A DNA stretch of 64,000 nucleotides from assembly GCA_902573015.1 (NCBI GenBank), contig CACGIE010000001.1, positions 8,528 through 72,527 on the forward strand, in the 5' to 3' direction. The translations under genes and the position numbers were made by a program. This document shows positions 26,175-38,418 of the stretch, one piece after another (the stretch's first letter is position 1; the number at the start of each line of letters is the position of its first letter). The notes under the pieces are model-generated. The model made no database searches. It was not told the origin of the DNA and saw only the letters and a list, made by a program, of their open reading frames with translations. This DNA comes from an uncultured Candidatus Poseidoniales archaeon. Its GTDB lineage: Archaea; Thermoplasmatota; Poseidoniia; Poseidoniales; Thalassarchaeaceae.

Positions 26175-27059
26175 TTACAAACCACCTTCTCTAATGGATG
26201 AAACCAATATTTCGATGGCCTCTCTAACGGTTATAGAACCGTCACATAGTTCGGAGGCGATATTATCTATTTCGGGATGGGAAACTAGAATCGAATCCCA
26301 TTCAGAGATTAATCTCTCCATCATCATCATCTTTCCTCGTGTTTTCTGAGGTTCGCAATTCTCAATGATCTCTACTAGTTCATGAATACCATGTCCTTCT
26401 TTTGCAGAAACTAGGACAACATCGCGATTGTCATCGCTAGCGAGACTTAGTGAGGAGCGTATATGCTGTGCCGCTGAAGATGCACCTGGCAAATCTGATT
26501 TGTTAACGGCAATTACATCAGCCAACTCAAGAATCCCTGCTTTCTCTGCTTGGATGATGTCCCCCCTATCCGGACCGTCAACAAGAAGTAGTCTATCTAC
26601 CAAGGCAGCTATTCTGAATTCAGACTGTCCAGTTCCAACAGTCTCAACAATTATTCGAGTCCATCCGCATTCAGAGAGTACACCACATATCGGCCAAAGG
26701 ATAGGAGAAATGGCACCTGGAGTCTTGCCAGATGGTATAGACCGCACAAACACGTTCTCTCTCAGATCGTCTCCCTCCATTCTGATTCTATCAGCAAGCA
26801 AAGAGCCACCGGATAACGGAGATGTGGGATCTAGGGCAAGTACGGCGATACGTTCACCTAAAGATGCCCATTTCCTGACCATCTGTCCGATAAGAGTTGA
26901 TTTTCCCGATCCAGGAGGCCCTGTGACTCCGAGAATCCATCCTGTCGCGGAGTTGATACTTGGTGAGTCCCCGGATTCAGAAATTGCAGAAATGAGCATT
27001 GATAGGCTTCTTCGATCGCCTAATTTTGCTGATTCCAATAGATCACTTATGTCAGTCAT
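26175..27059 (-). CDS. meaB: methylmalonyl-CoA mutase-associated G-protein chaperone (MeaB/ArgK family)
   Basis: GVTGPPGSGKSTL P-loop, VLALDPTSPLSGGSLLADRIRM, and VNKSD. Start moved to the internal ATG at 27059 (MTDISDLL...). The track ORF extends to 27104. Confidence 0.88.
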   Translation of the reverse strand: MTDISDLLESAKLGDRRSLSMLISAISESGDSPSINSATGWILGVTGPPGSGKSTLIGQMVRKWASLGERIAVLALDPTSPLSGGSLLADRIRMEGDDLRENVFVRSIPSGKTPGAISPILWPICGVLSECGWTRIIVETVGTGQSEFRIAALVDRLLLVDGPDRGDIIQAEKAGILELADVIAVNKSDLPGASSAAQHIRSSLSLASDDNRDVVLVSAKEGHGIHELVEIIENCEPQKTRGKMMMMERLISEWDSILVSHPEIDNIASELCDGSITVREAIEILVSSIREGGL

Positions 27060-27492
27060 TCCAATTCCACCCCGAATCGTCTCCGACTCCAACTGGATTT
27101 CCATTTTGTTTTCGAATCAGAGCCTCATTCAAGAAATCCAAAACATCCGAAGTGGGAGTTCCGGGGCCGAAGACCGCTCGGACGCCCGATCGAAATAGGG
27201 CTTCTATATCTCTTTCCGGAATAATCCCTCCCGCGAAAACAATGACACTTCCTAGTCTATTCTCTTTTAGCTGCTCGCAAATCTTTGGTATTAGAGAATC
27301 ATGTGCTCCAGAGAGCGTAGATAGGCCGAGAACCTCTGCATCTTCGTCGTTTACAATACGTACAATCTCCTCTGGAGACTTTCTGAGACCGGTATAGATG
27401 ACATCATGGCCCCCATCTCTCAATGCTCTGGAGACGACTTTTGCTCCTCTGTCGTGCCCATCTAGTCCAGGTTTGGCAATCACAATTCGCAT
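27052..27492 (-). CDS. methylmalonyl-CoA mutase, B12-binding (small/C-terminal) subunit
   Basis: MRIVIAKPGLDGHDRGAKVVSRALRDGGHDVIYTG carries the DxHxxG B12-binding motif. Start chosen at the ATG at 27490-27492. The longer track ORF would overlap the divergent pccB start. Confidence 0.88.
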   Translation of the reverse strand: MRIVIAKPGLDGHDRGAKVVSRALRDGGHDVIYTGLRKSPEEIVRIVNDEDAEVLGLSTLSGAHDSLIPKICEQLKENRLGSVIVFAGGIIPERDIEALFRSGVRAVFGPGTPTSDVLDFLNEALIRKQNGNPVGVGDDSGWNWND

Positions 27493-27559
27493 GTTTATGT
27501 AAGTTGCAAGTGGCAATATGACTTCAAGCAACCGCATATGAAATTCTATTTTCTCAGGA

Positions 27560-29146
27560 ATGCTCATGTGCGGCCTATTCCCATTCCCCCTTGTGAGTGG
27601 AAACTCTGACAAGATTGACGAGCTTAGGCGACGGAAGGCGAAGTCTCAATCGGGAGGGGGCCAAAAGAGGGTTTCTGCGCAACACGCTAAAGGGAAGATG
27701 ACAGCGAGAGAGAGGATCCAGGAATTACTAGATGAGGACTCATTCACTGAAGTTGATGCTTTGGTAGAGCACAGGTGTAGAGACTTTGATATGGATAGGA
27801 ATGTAATCCCTGGAGATGGAGTAGTTTGTGGTTATGGAACCATTGATGGAAGATTAGTTTACTGCTTTGCTCAAGATTTCACTGTATACGGTGGATCCCT
27901 AGGTGAGATGCACGGGCTTAAGATATGCAAGATTCTAGACATGGCACTGAAAACAGGAGCTCCAGTAATTGGTCTGAATGATAGTGGTGGTGCAAGGATT
28001 CAGGAAGGGGTCGCCAGTTTGGGTTCCTATGCGGAGATTTTCTTCAGAAATGTCAGATCGAGTGGAGTCATTCCACAGATTTCTGTCATCATGGGCCCAT
28101 GTGCTGGAGGAGCAGTATATTCGCCTGCGATTACTGATTTCGTTGTAATGGTTGAAGAGACCTCTCACATGTTCATTACTGGTCCAGAAGTTATCAAGAC
28201 CGTTACGAATGAAGAAGTAGGCTTCGAAGATTTAGGGGGAGCAACCACACATGCAACAAAATCAGGAGTAACTCACTTCACCGCAAAGGATGATCATGTA
28301 GCATTGGACATAGTTAGGGAGCTGGTTTCACTAATTCCATCCAACAACCTAGACATTGCCCCTTCGATTGAGACTAGTGACCCTCTGGAGAGAAGTTGTG
28401 ATTCTCTGGACTCTCTTGTACCCGAAGATCCCAGTCGACCCTACGACATGGGTGAGGTAATTCAGGAGGTTCTAGACTTGGATAGTTTTCTAGAAATTCA
28501 GGATGGTTTTGCTCCGAATATAATTATTGGACTAGGTAGGCTTGGGGGGCAGTCGATCGGAGTAGTGGCAAACCAACCAATGCATTTAGCAGGTTGTTTA
28601 GATATCGATGCCTCAGTTAAAGCAGCAAGATTTGTGCGCTTTTGTGACGCATTCAACATCCCACTGTTGACTTTTGTTGACGTTCCCGGTTTTCTACCAG
28701 GTGCTAGCCAGGAGTGGGGTGGCATAATCAGGCACGGTGCCAAACTACTCTACGCCTTTGCAGAGGCAACAGTTCCAAAGATGACAGTTATCACAAGGAA
28801 GGCGTATGGTGGTGCCTATGATGTGATGTCATCGAAGCACATTAGAGGGGATTACAACATTGCTTGGCCGACTGCTGAACTCGCAGTGATGGGTGCAAAG
28901 GGGGCCGTGCAAATCATCCATAGGAGGAGAATAGATAGTTCGAAAAATCCCGAGCAGGAGAGACAGAGGCTAGTTGACGATTACGAGGAGTCATTTGCAA
29001 ACCCATACAAGGCTGCTGCATTGGGTTATCTTGACGATGTTATCGTACCTTCTGAAACTAGGTCTGCCCTAGTAAAGGCATTAGGCGCAATTCTGGAGAA
29101 AGAAGAGCCTAGGCCCGAGAAGAAGCATGGAAATATCCCGTTGTGA
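27560..29146 (+). CDS. pccB: propionyl-/methylmalonyl-CoA carboxyltransferase (acyl-CoA carboxylase beta subunit); start uncertain (27560, 27566 or GTG 27593)
   Basis: KIDELRRRK...[63 protein letters not shown] and VANQP..LAG together form the typical carboxyltransferase family pattern. Confidence 0.92.
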   Translation: MLMCGLFPFPLVSGNSDKIDELRRRKAKSQSGGGQKRVSAQHAKGKMTARERIQELLDEDSFTEVDALVEHRCRDFDMDRNVIPGDGVVCGYGTIDGRLVYCFAQDFTVYGGSLGEMHGLKICKILDMALKTGAPVIGLNDSGGARIQEGVASLGSYAEIFFRNVRSSGVIPQISVIMGPCAGGAVYSPAITDFVVMVEETSHMFITGPEVIKTVTNEEVGFEDLGGATTHATKSGVTHFTAKDDHVALDIVRELVSLIPSNNLDIAPSIETSDPLERSCDSLDSLVPEDPSRPYDMGEVIQEVLDLDSFLEIQDGFAPNIIIGLGRLGGQSIGVVANQPMHLAGCLDIDASVKAARFVRFCDAFNIPLLTFVDVPGFLPGASQEWGGIIRHGAKLLYAFAEATVPKMTVITRKAYGGAYDVMSSKHIRGDYNIAWPTAELAVMGAKGAVQIIHRRRIDSSKNPEQERQRLVDDYEESFANPYKAAALGYLDDVIVPSETRSALVKALGAILEKEEPRPEKKHGNIPL

Positions 29147-29150
29147 TATC

Positions 29151-29348
29151 ATGAGTGTTGGGGAATTAGAGCCTGAGGAAATAGTCGCAGTTATCTCAGC
29201 AGTACTATTGAGCGGGGAATTGGGGGAGGCAATTGCACCTTCTAAGGGGAGAGAACCTGGAAGTAACTGGTCGGTTTCGCATAGAATGATGGCTTCGGGA
29301 AACTCCTCATTGCTAAACTCCAAATCAAGTAGGAGCTCTAAGAGGTGA
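29151..29348 (+). CDS. small subunit-like ORF (65 aa), possibly acyl-CoA carboxylase epsilon-like
   Basis: ATG lies 5 nt after the pccB stop. ELEPEEIVAVISAVLL resembles the short helical motif of carboxylase/decarboxylase small subunits. Weak evidence. Confidence 0.35.
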   Translation: MSVGELEPEEIVAVISAVLLSGELGEAIAPSKGREPGSNWSVSHRMMASGNSSLLNSKSSRSSKR

Positions 29349-29764
29349 GTAGTTTGTCTGAGAAGAAGAAAGTAACTGTTAATGGAGTAGAGTACGAAGT
29401 GGAGATTCGATTCGATGATGGGAAATGGGAGGTTTCCATAGATGGAAATTTGTACGAAGTCGAGATAGATCAAGGGTCGAGGCGAGGCCGGCGGAAGGAG
29501 CGAGATTCTAACAGAGGAGGGAGGGCGAGTTCAGGACTTATTTCCTCAGCGATTCCAGGAAAAATAGTGTCATTACTAGTTTCTGAAGGTGATAAAGTAG
29601 AGAGCGGTAGTGTAGTAATTGTACTTGAAGCGATGAAGATGCAAAACGAAATTAAGGCAGGTATTGATGGAAAGGTTGAGAAAATCATGTGCAAACCGGG
29701 GGAGAGAATTGAGGCGAATGTTCCTCTGATGGAAATTGTGGATAGCAAAAAAGAGGGTGAATGA
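29345..29764 (+). CDS. biotin carboxyl carrier protein (biotinyl domain)
   Basis: C-terminal VIVLEAMKMQNEIKA contains the biotinyl-lysine motif (E)AMKM. GTG start overlaps the upstream stop. Confidence 0.85.
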   Translation: MSSLSEKKKVTVNGVEYEVEIRFDDGKWEVSIDGNLYEVEIDQGSRRGRRKERDSNRGGRASSGLISSAIPGKIVSLLVSEGDKVESGSVVIVLEAMKMQNEIKAGIDGKVEKIMCKPGERIEANVPLMEIVDSKKEGE

Positions 29765-29994
29765 TGGCTACTTGCGATTTCGATGATTGCTCGTCCAAAG
29801 CAACACTTGTTAGCAGGCTTTCTCCAAATGGATATCTTGTCTCAAGTGGAAAGAAGGCATATTCTTTCAGAGAGGCATACGAACGATTCAACTATTGCAG
29901 AGACTGCCATGATAATCTAATGAAAGAAGCCTGGAACAGAGTGAGGAGTTCTGGTTCAAAAAATGAGGATCACGTTGCCCCGACTGCGGTTTAG
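29761..29994 (+). CDS. small Cys-containing protein (Cx4C...Cx2C), hypothetical
   Basis: 77 aa. ATGA overlap with the BCCP stop suggests co-translation. Confidence 0.35.
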   Translation: MMATCDFDDCSSKATLVSRLSPNGYLVSSGKKAYSFREAYERFNYCRDCHDNLMKEAWNRVRSSGSKNEDHVAPTAV

Positions 29995-30032
29995 AGCGGC
30001 ATATTCATCGAACACCTCGCTCATCGGGATTC

Positions 30033-31256
30033 ATGAGGAGTTACGTAAGTCACCTAGAATGTGCATATTCGGGAGAGAGGTTTGATCGTGGAATCGTCCA
30101 CACAATATCCACAATAGGGAAGCCGATAGTCGTAAAATATGATTTGGAGAGACTATCTAAGGAGATCACTAGAAGTTCTATCGAAGATTCGAAAAAACCT
30201 GGATTCTGGAGGTATTCGCCTCTTCTACCTGTAACATTGGAGGAGAATATGGTTTCTCTCGGAGAGGTAATTACTCCTTTGATCAGACTTGAAAATCTCT
30301 CTACTATTTTAGGATTCGAGGCTGAATCAGTTTTCATCAAAGATGAGTCGAGGCTACCTACTGGGTCATTCAAGGCTAGAGGACTTGGTATGGCAGTCTC
30401 AATGGCCAAAGAACTAGGAATTAGGCATCTTTCAATTCCAACCAATGGAAATGCGGGATCTGCCTTGGCAGCATACGCATCCAGAGCAGGTATACGTTGC
30501 ACAGTTCTTTGTCCGGACAATACTCCAGAAATCAACATAAGGGAGACACAGATTCAAGGTGCTTCTACCCATATTGTTAATGGTTTAATCGGCGAGTGTG
30601 GAAGTATAATTTCAGATGGAATGGAAGAGATAGACTGGTTCGCAGTCTCGACTCTGAAAGAGCCTTACAGAATCGAAGGCAAGAAAACCATGGGTCTTGA
30701 GCTTGCTGAGCAGATGGATTGGAATCTTCCGGATGTAATATTCTACCCCACGGGAGGGGGAACTGGAATTATTGGAATGTGGAAGTGCTTTCACGAGCTG
30801 AAAGAGCTCGGGTGGATCGACTGTAAATTGCCCAAGATGATATCAGTACAGTCGACAGGATGCGCGCCAATAGTCAAGGCATGGGAAGAGGGTAGTGAAT
30901 TCGCAGAATTCTGGGAAAATGCGGAGACGATCTCTTCTGGCATCAGAGTACCGTCGGCTCTCGGTGACTTCCTGATCTTGGACGCTGTAAGATCATCAGG
31001 AGGATTAGCGATGGCAGTATCTGACGAGGAGACTTTGGAAATACAGGAGCGAGTTGGAAAGAAGGAGGGATTGCTCCTATGCCCAGAGGGTGCTGCAGTA
31101 ATAGCCGCATACCGAGAATGTATCAAGACTGGCTCAGTCTCAACGAATGATTCTGTAGTCCTTTTCAATACGGCGACGGGTCTGAAATACCCAATGCCAG
31201 AGGTTGTTTCTTCAATTGATAAGAATAATGTTGATTACTCTATATTCTCTAAATGA
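30033..31256 (+). CDS. thrC: threonine synthase-family PLP enzyme
   Basis: LPTGSFKARGLGMAVSMAKELG (PLP-lysine motif of the ThrC/TrpB fold), NGNAGSALAAYA and GGGTGIIG. 407 aa. Confidence 0.65.
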   Translation: MRSYVSHLECAYSGERFDRGIVHTISTIGKPIVVKYDLERLSKEITRSSIEDSKKPGFWRYSPLLPVTLEENMVSLGEVITPLIRLENLSTILGFEAESVFIKDESRLPTGSFKARGLGMAVSMAKELGIRHLSIPTNGNAGSALAAYASRAGIRCTVLCPDNTPEINIRETQIQGASTHIVNGLIGECGSIISDGMEEIDWFAVSTLKEPYRIEGKKTMGLELAEQMDWNLPDVIFYPTGGGTGIIGMWKCFHELKELGWIDCKLPKMISVQSTGCAPIVKAWEEGSEFAEFWENAETISSGIRVPSALGDFLILDAVRSSGGLAMAVSDEETLEIQERVGKKEGLLLCPEGAAVIAAYRECIKTGSVSTNDSVVLFNTATGLKYPMPEVVSSIDKNNVDYSIFSK

Positions 31257-31911
31257 GCCCCAGTGCATCCTCTATCCGATTTAATTCCGGACCGGTTGAG
31301 CCTGAGCCTACTAACGCGTGTGTATCGCTAGCACAGCATCCAGCGCCAACGAACGGGGAGCCGAAAGTCACAGTTCCGACCATAACGGGGGCCTGCATTG
31401 CTTGCTCTATCGCCTCTGCTTCTGCACTCTTAACGTCAGGATGGATCAGGACTCCGTTGTTGTTTGCCACCATCATACTTCCAACAGTTCCATGACCTGC
31501 AACCTGAGAGCGAATTGCTGTCACGGATAACACGTCTGAAATCATCTCCGCTCCAGCAACCGGTATTGTCGGACTTACTATGGCCCCTTTGTCATTACAT
31601 TCGATTAGATTCCCAGCAGCATTGACTCCGCTCTCCAGAATTACCACATCTCCGAAGCTGGATAATTCGTCCAAGTCATCCTGTGTTGCAATATCTGCCA
31701 CTGCCACTCCCTTCTTATTTCCGCGAATCAGACTCCCCAGGAGGGCGGATCCGCCGATTGTAATCCTATGGGATTCCATATCAAATGATGACTCAATCTC
31801 GTTTGCTATCTCTTCTTCCAACGTACTGGGCATGAATAGAACATCCCCGACGACACTTAGGTAAACTCCAACTTGAGAGTGTCCGAGTATATCACCGGTG
31901 GAAATTGGCAT
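31249..31911 (-). CDS. eif6: translation initiation factor 6 (aIF6)
   Basis: From the internal ATG at 31909-31911: MPISTGDILGHSQVGVY... with pentein repeats (GNLIECNDKGAIVSP, GSMMVANNNGVLIHP, PFVGAGCCASDTHALVG). 220 aa, the normal aIF6 size. The upstream 77 codons of the track ORF overlap the 5S rRNA. Confidence 0.9.
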   Translation of the reverse strand: MPISTGDILGHSQVGVYLSVVGDVLFMPSTLEEEIANEIESSFDMESHRITIGGSALLGSLIRGNKKGVAVADIATQDDLDELSSFGDVVILESGVNAAGNLIECNDKGAIVSPTIPVAGAEMISDVLSVTAIRSQVAGHGTVGSMMVANNNGVLIHPDVKSAEAEAIEQAMQAPVMVGTVTFGSPFVGAGCCASDTHALVGSGSTGPELNRIEDALGLI

Positions 31912-31940
31912 CTTGACACCTGAATTGACTACGTCTATCG

Positions 31941-31950
31941 TTAAAATTTT
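31941..31950 (-). promoter_or_regulatory. AAAATTTTAA element between 5S rRNA and aIF6: candidate oligo-T terminator for the rRNA unit and/or TATA box for a leaderless aIF6 mRNA
   Basis: It is the only AT-rich element in the 60-nt gap, about 30-40 nt upstream of the aIF6 ATG. Confidence 0.3.
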
Positions 31951-31971
31951 GTTGCGGGGAGGTGAAGGAGA

Positions 31972-32092
31972 GTGGCACAGCGACGGCCTTTCCCGTGGGC
32001 TTTCGCACCACAGTACCGGAACCGACGCAGGAGGGCTTGACTTCCGGGTTCGATATGGGACCGGGTAGGACCCCTCCGCTATGGCCGTGCAC
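31972..32092 (-). rRNA. rrf: 5S rRNA (121 nt)
   Basis: Minus strand reads GTGCACGGCCATAGCGGAGGGGTCCTACCCGGTCCCATATCGAACCCGGAAGTCAAGCCCTCCTGCG...GGGAAAGGCCGTCGCTGTGCCAC. Helix I closes 5'-GUGCACGGC with GCUGUGCCAC-3'. Conserved CCGAAC and AGUA-type loop regions are present. Confidence 0.9.
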
Positions 32093-32110
32093 AACTCTTC
32101 CTTCGAATGT

Positions 32111-32144
32111 GAATTGATATGCTCTTTTGGACAGAGACTCACAT
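32111..32144 (-). other. 3' arm of the pre-23S processing helix (pairs with 35069-35102)
   Basis: Plus-strand gaattgatatgc at 32111-32122 is the exact reverse complement of gcatatcaattc at 35091-35102. Extended imperfect pairing follows (acagagactcacat versus atgtgaggcctctg...). Confidence 0.6.
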
Positions 32145-32164
32145 GTAGTGTGTATCTCGAAATT

Positions 32165-35046
<2,882 letters not shown>

Positions 35047-35068
35047 TTATTTCTTATTGTACTCACTA

Positions 35069-35102
35069 ATGTGAGGCCTCTGGTGTCCAGGCATATCAAT
35101 TC
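35069..35102 (-). other. 5' arm of the pre-23S processing helix (pairs with 32111-32144)
   Basis: See the partner entry. The long inverted repeat brackets the mature 23S only, as expected for archaeal bulge-helix-bulge excision. Confidence 0.6.
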
Positions 35103-35283
35103 TGGTTTCTCGGGCCACTACGTCTCCCCGCAGGGCGCAGCAGCCTCAACCACTTACCCTGATAGGCAATCTATCAGAGCGCACAAAGCAGGCTTGCGAC
35201 CAACCTATGGTATTTGAACAAGACGGGAGACTAGCCACATCGGACAAAGCAGAACAACAGTGCAAACTAACGAAATTTTAGAG

Positions 35284-35493
35284 TTATGGGGCATGATTTA
35301 TTCCATAAGGTATGCGTATTTCTTCAAGCACATTAGGAGCAAACTCAATGCCATATGGCAAGTCAAATTCTTCGTATCTGATGTCATCTTGATTTTCAGG
35401 AGTTTTTTGATTATGGCCGCAAGCGTGACATATTCCGATTTGAAGCAGTTCCATCCCACAAACATCGCATGTAGTGGTTATTCGATCTCCCAT
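35284..35493 (-). CDS. small zinc-ribbon protein with duplicated PYGI motif, hypothetical
   Basis: 69 aa. CDVCG...CHACG, then DLPYGIEFAPNVLEEIRIPYGINHAP. Confidence 0.4.
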   Translation of the reverse strand: MGDRITTTCDVCGMELLQIGICHACGHNQKTPENQDDIRYEEFDLPYGIEFAPNVLEEIRIPYGINHAP

Positions 35494-35497
35494 CTAC

Positions 35498-37105
35498 TCA
35501 CTCCAACTCATAATCAATCTTCGACTCTCTTGGCGGTGGTCCGTATATCATTGGAGTGAGGGATAAAGATGCCAACATCATCGCTCCAATGATAGTTGCC
35601 GGAATGAGTCCATTATCCCATTGAATTGCGTACCTGACAACGCAGTAAACAGTCGCCAGTGCTACACTCAGAAGCATTATTGGATAACCAGTTTTGAAGA
35701 ATCTATTGAAAGATATGTCATGACCAGATTCCTCCGCGAGTCCAGCAGCAACAACGTTTGCAGAAGCCCCGATTATGGTACCGTTTCCACCCAAGCAGGC
35801 TCCTAGTGCCAATGCCCATGCAAGAGGCCCCAGTTGCAATCCTAATTCTGGATCTTCTGCTAGCTTAATTACCACAGGAACCATAGTAGCCGTATACGGT
35901 ATGTTATCAATAAAAGCAGAAGCTATAGCGGACACCCATAGTAGCAGAAGTACAGAAATCATCAGTCTATTTTCCTCTGAGGCTCCCTTTATCGTATCTG
36001 AAATTCCATCTGCTATAGTGTCAATCATCCCCATGTTCTCAAGACCGTGGATCATGATAAATAATCCAGCAAAGAAAATTATTGTTGTCCATTCGACTCC
36101 ATCTAATTGTTCCTCTACATGGTGCGGCGAGGTTACCAGAAGCATCAGAACTGCACCCCCTAAGGCTATTGTAGCGACTGTAAGTAATGGGTGATGGAAT
36201 GCGGAGTGCGCGAAGAATGCTATGATGACTAATGCCAAAATCGCACCTGATTTCTTTAGCAATTTTACATCCTTTATCCCATACCTGAGCCTCAGTAGGT
36301 CCACGTTCCGATGTTTTTCGCCCGATAGTCCATCGGATTCCAACTTAGATAGCAACCAGAAGGAAGGAGCCATCGCGATTACCACGGCTGGTCCAACATG
36401 GATGATGAAATCAAGGAACGTAATGCCCTGATCTGCTAAGCCGGTTCCAGATAGGGCCTGTGTAGATAGTTGGGCGCCGATTATGATGTTTGGAGGATCT
36501 CCGATTTGTGTTGCTGCTCCCCCGATGTTCGAAAACATTACTTCTGCGATAATGAGTGGCACGGGTTCTAAGTCCAGGACCTTGGCAATCTGTATGGTAA
36601 CCGGAACGATTAGCAAAATTGTCGTTACGTTGTCTAGGAAGGCGGAAAATACGGCCGTTATCGTACACAATATGACCGAAAGCCGCCATATGGAACCTCC
36701 ACTAAGAGCATAAGCTTGCACGGCGGCCCACTCGAAAACCCCTGTTTTTCCCAGAATGTCGACTATTACCATCATACCGATCAATAATCCTATTGTTTCC
36801 TCATCGATCCAGGTAACAATGGTCCCAAGGTCGGGCCCATCACCCACGACGTGTAGGGTTACAACAGCCGCTATCCCCCCTAGTGCTGCAGCAAGGGCTC
36901 TGTGGACTACCTCGAAAATAATCAGTGTATAGACCGCGATTAGAATGGCGAAAGATGCAGGCACTGCCCAGCTGGGCATCTCTGGCGGCTCCCATATTCC
37001 AGAGCTGGAGGATGCAGCCATTACAGACGGTAAGAAAATGATTAGTAACATTATGGCGTAGGTCGCAGAAGTAATCCGACTTCTTGCTATACTGAAGATG
37101 TTCAT
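35498..37105 (-). CDS. ArsB/NhaD-superfamily anion/ion permease
   Basis: 535 aa with about 12 TM segments. SAFLDNVTTILLIVPV and a second ASAFIDNIPYTATMVPV repeat are typical of the ArsB/NhaD/CitMHS-type fold. Confidence 0.75.
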   Translation of the reverse strand: MNIFSIARSRITSATYAIMLLIIFLPSVMAASSSSGIWEPPEMPSWAVPASFAILIAVYTLIIFEVVHRALAAALGGIAAVVTLHVVGDGPDLGTIVTWIDEETIGLLIGMMVIVDILGKTGVFEWAAVQAYALSGGSIWRLSVILCTITAVFSAFLDNVTTILLIVPVTIQIAKVLDLEPVPLIIAEVMFSNIGGAATQIGDPPNIIIGAQLSTQALSGTGLADQGITFLDFIIHVGPAVVIAMAPSFWLLSKLESDGLSGEKHRNVDLLRLRYGIKDVKLLKKSGAILALVIIAFFAHSAFHHPLLTVATIALGGAVLMLLVTSPHHVEEQLDGVEWTTIIFFAGLFIMIHGLENMGMIDTIADGISDTIKGASEENRLMISVLLLLWVSAIASAFIDNIPYTATMVPVVIKLAEDPELGLQLGPLAWALALGACLGGNGTIIGASANVVAAGLAEESGHDISFNRFFKTGYPIMLLSVALATVYCVVRYAIQWDNGLIPATIIGAMMLASLSLTPMIYGPPPRESKIDYELE

Positions 37106-37137
37106 TGTATGCCCCTCTGATATCGAGAATATGAACG

Positions 37138-37419
37138 CTACTGGCCACTGGCCTTACAAAAGACTGCAACATTGCCTCTTTGAAATATCACAGAAGAGTT
37201 AGATTCATCCGCTATCCTGGTGAAAATCTGGTTTCTATCCCCCTTATTCGGTGCCATTCCTTTGTTTATCTTGAGCTTGACAACGATCCTTTTTTCCAGT
37301 TGGTTCTCTAATTCAGAAATCAAACTGGAATTAACTCCATCTTTTCCGATTCTAATGGAGACTCGCAACGACTCGCTTTTGGCCAATTTAAGCATATTTG
37401 ACAGTGGTCGTTTCTTCAT
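37138..37419 (-). CDS. YhbY/CRM-domain RNA-binding protein
   Basis: 93 aa. The pattern L..LAKS..L.V.IRIGKDGV...LI.EL...L....VVKLKI... matches the YhbY fold consensus. Overlaps the rnp4 stop by 4 nt. Confidence 0.65.
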   Translation of the reverse strand: MKKRPLSNMLKLAKSESLRVSIRIGKDGVNSSLISELENQLEKRIVVKLKINKGMAPNKGDRNQIFTRIADESNSSVIFQRGNVAVFCKASGQ

Positions 37420-37745
37420 TGTTTATCACCATTAATACTCAGAATCTCGCGATTCACTCGCCCACACCTAAGGCATGTTCTGAAAATAACTTTTGATGTC
37501 ACTCTAATCCTAGATGTTTGTCCAGGCAATAGAGATTTCTTACAAGACCGGCAAATCATTTTTTTTACGCCGCGGCTTGGTCTTTTTCCATGTTTCTTTC
37601 CGATAGCCAGAATGTGCTTAGCGGCTGTATCGGAGGTTTGCGAATCGTTAGGTAGAGATCGTTCGAATATTGTCTCTAGGAAATCCACGGATTCCTTCGC
37701 TTGTTCATTTTTATTGGTCCTTGTTCTTCGACTCCGTCTGGCCAT
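37416..37745 (-). CDS. rnp4: RNase P protein component 4 (Rpp21/Rpr2 family)
   Basis: 109 aa. ICRSCKKSLLPGQTSRIRV....RTCLRCG is the Rpr2 zinc-ribbon pattern. Basic N-terminus. Confidence 0.72.
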   Translation of the reverse strand: MARRSRRTRTNKNEQAKESVDFLETIFERSLPNDSQTSDTAAKHILAIGKKHGKRPSRGVKKMICRSCKKSLLPGQTSRIRVTSKVIFRTCLRCGRVNREILSINGDKQ

Positions 37746-37755
37746 TTTTTCGACC

Positions 37756-38379
37756 TCAAAGATAAGTCAATATCTTGGAAATGGATCGTGCGACTTCTTC
37801 AATGGATCCAGTCCCTTCTACTGCGTGTAGTATTCCTTTTTCCATGTACCAATCGCCAAGTGGCTTTGTTTGTTCGTGGTAGGATGATAGCCGCATCCTC
37901 ACTGTTTCCTCGTTATCGTCCTTCCTCTGGACAAGACGGTGTGCGATTTCAGTAGGAGGGGGTTTGAAAGTGATATGATAGATTTCACCGTTTTCAGGGT
38001 CCATCCTCCTGCCTACAATCCTGTTTACTATATCTTCATCTGGAACCTCTATGGAGATGACTGTCGATACCTCAGTAATCGATTCAAGGGCCTCTGCTTG
38101 AGGGATTGTCCTCGGAAACCCATCGAATAAGACCCCATTGCTGGCGTCAGATTCATACATTCTGTCTTTAATCAGTCCAATAATCACATTATCTGGTACT
38201 AGTTGTCCTGCCTCCATATATTTCTTAGCCTCTAAACCTAGTTCCGTCTCCTTGGATAGGGCCAATCTAAGCATATCCCCGGTTGAAACCTGAGGCTTGC
38301 CAGTCAATTGTACGATCTTATCTGCCTGAGTCCCCTTGCCCGCTCCGGGAGGTCCAAACAGTACTATTGAGCCTGTCAT
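37756..38379 (-). CDS. adk: adenylate kinase (bacterial-type long form, no Zn lid)
   Basis: LFGPPGAGKGTQ, STGDMLR, GFPRT and RKDDNEETVRMRL. Confidence 0.93.
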   Translation of the reverse strand: MTGSIVLFGPPGAGKGTQADKIVQLTGKPQVSTGDMLRLALSKETELGLEAKKYMEAGQLVPDNVIIGLIKDRMYESDASNGVLFDGFPRTIPQAEALESITEVSTVISIEVPDEDIVNRIVGRRMDPENGEIYHITFKPPPTEIAHRLVQRKDDNEETVRMRLSSYHEQTKPLGDWYMEKGILHAVEGTGSIEEVARSISKILTYL

Positions 38380-38418
38380 GAATTTACGGCGCGAGAAGTC
38401 ACAGAAAAATGAACCGGC

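Noticed and set aside
27493-27612. N-terminal 40 codons of the mutase B12-subunit ORF
   Set aside because: They would overlap the divergent pccB start. The conserved MRIVIAKPGLDGHDRG sequence begins at the internal ATG, leaving a sensible divergent promoter spacer of about 70 nt.
31912-32142. N-terminal 77 codons of the track ORF 31249-32142
   Set aside because: This part overlaps the 5S rRNA gene and translates to P/S/C-rich nonsense. aIF6 homology begins exactly at the internal Met (31911).
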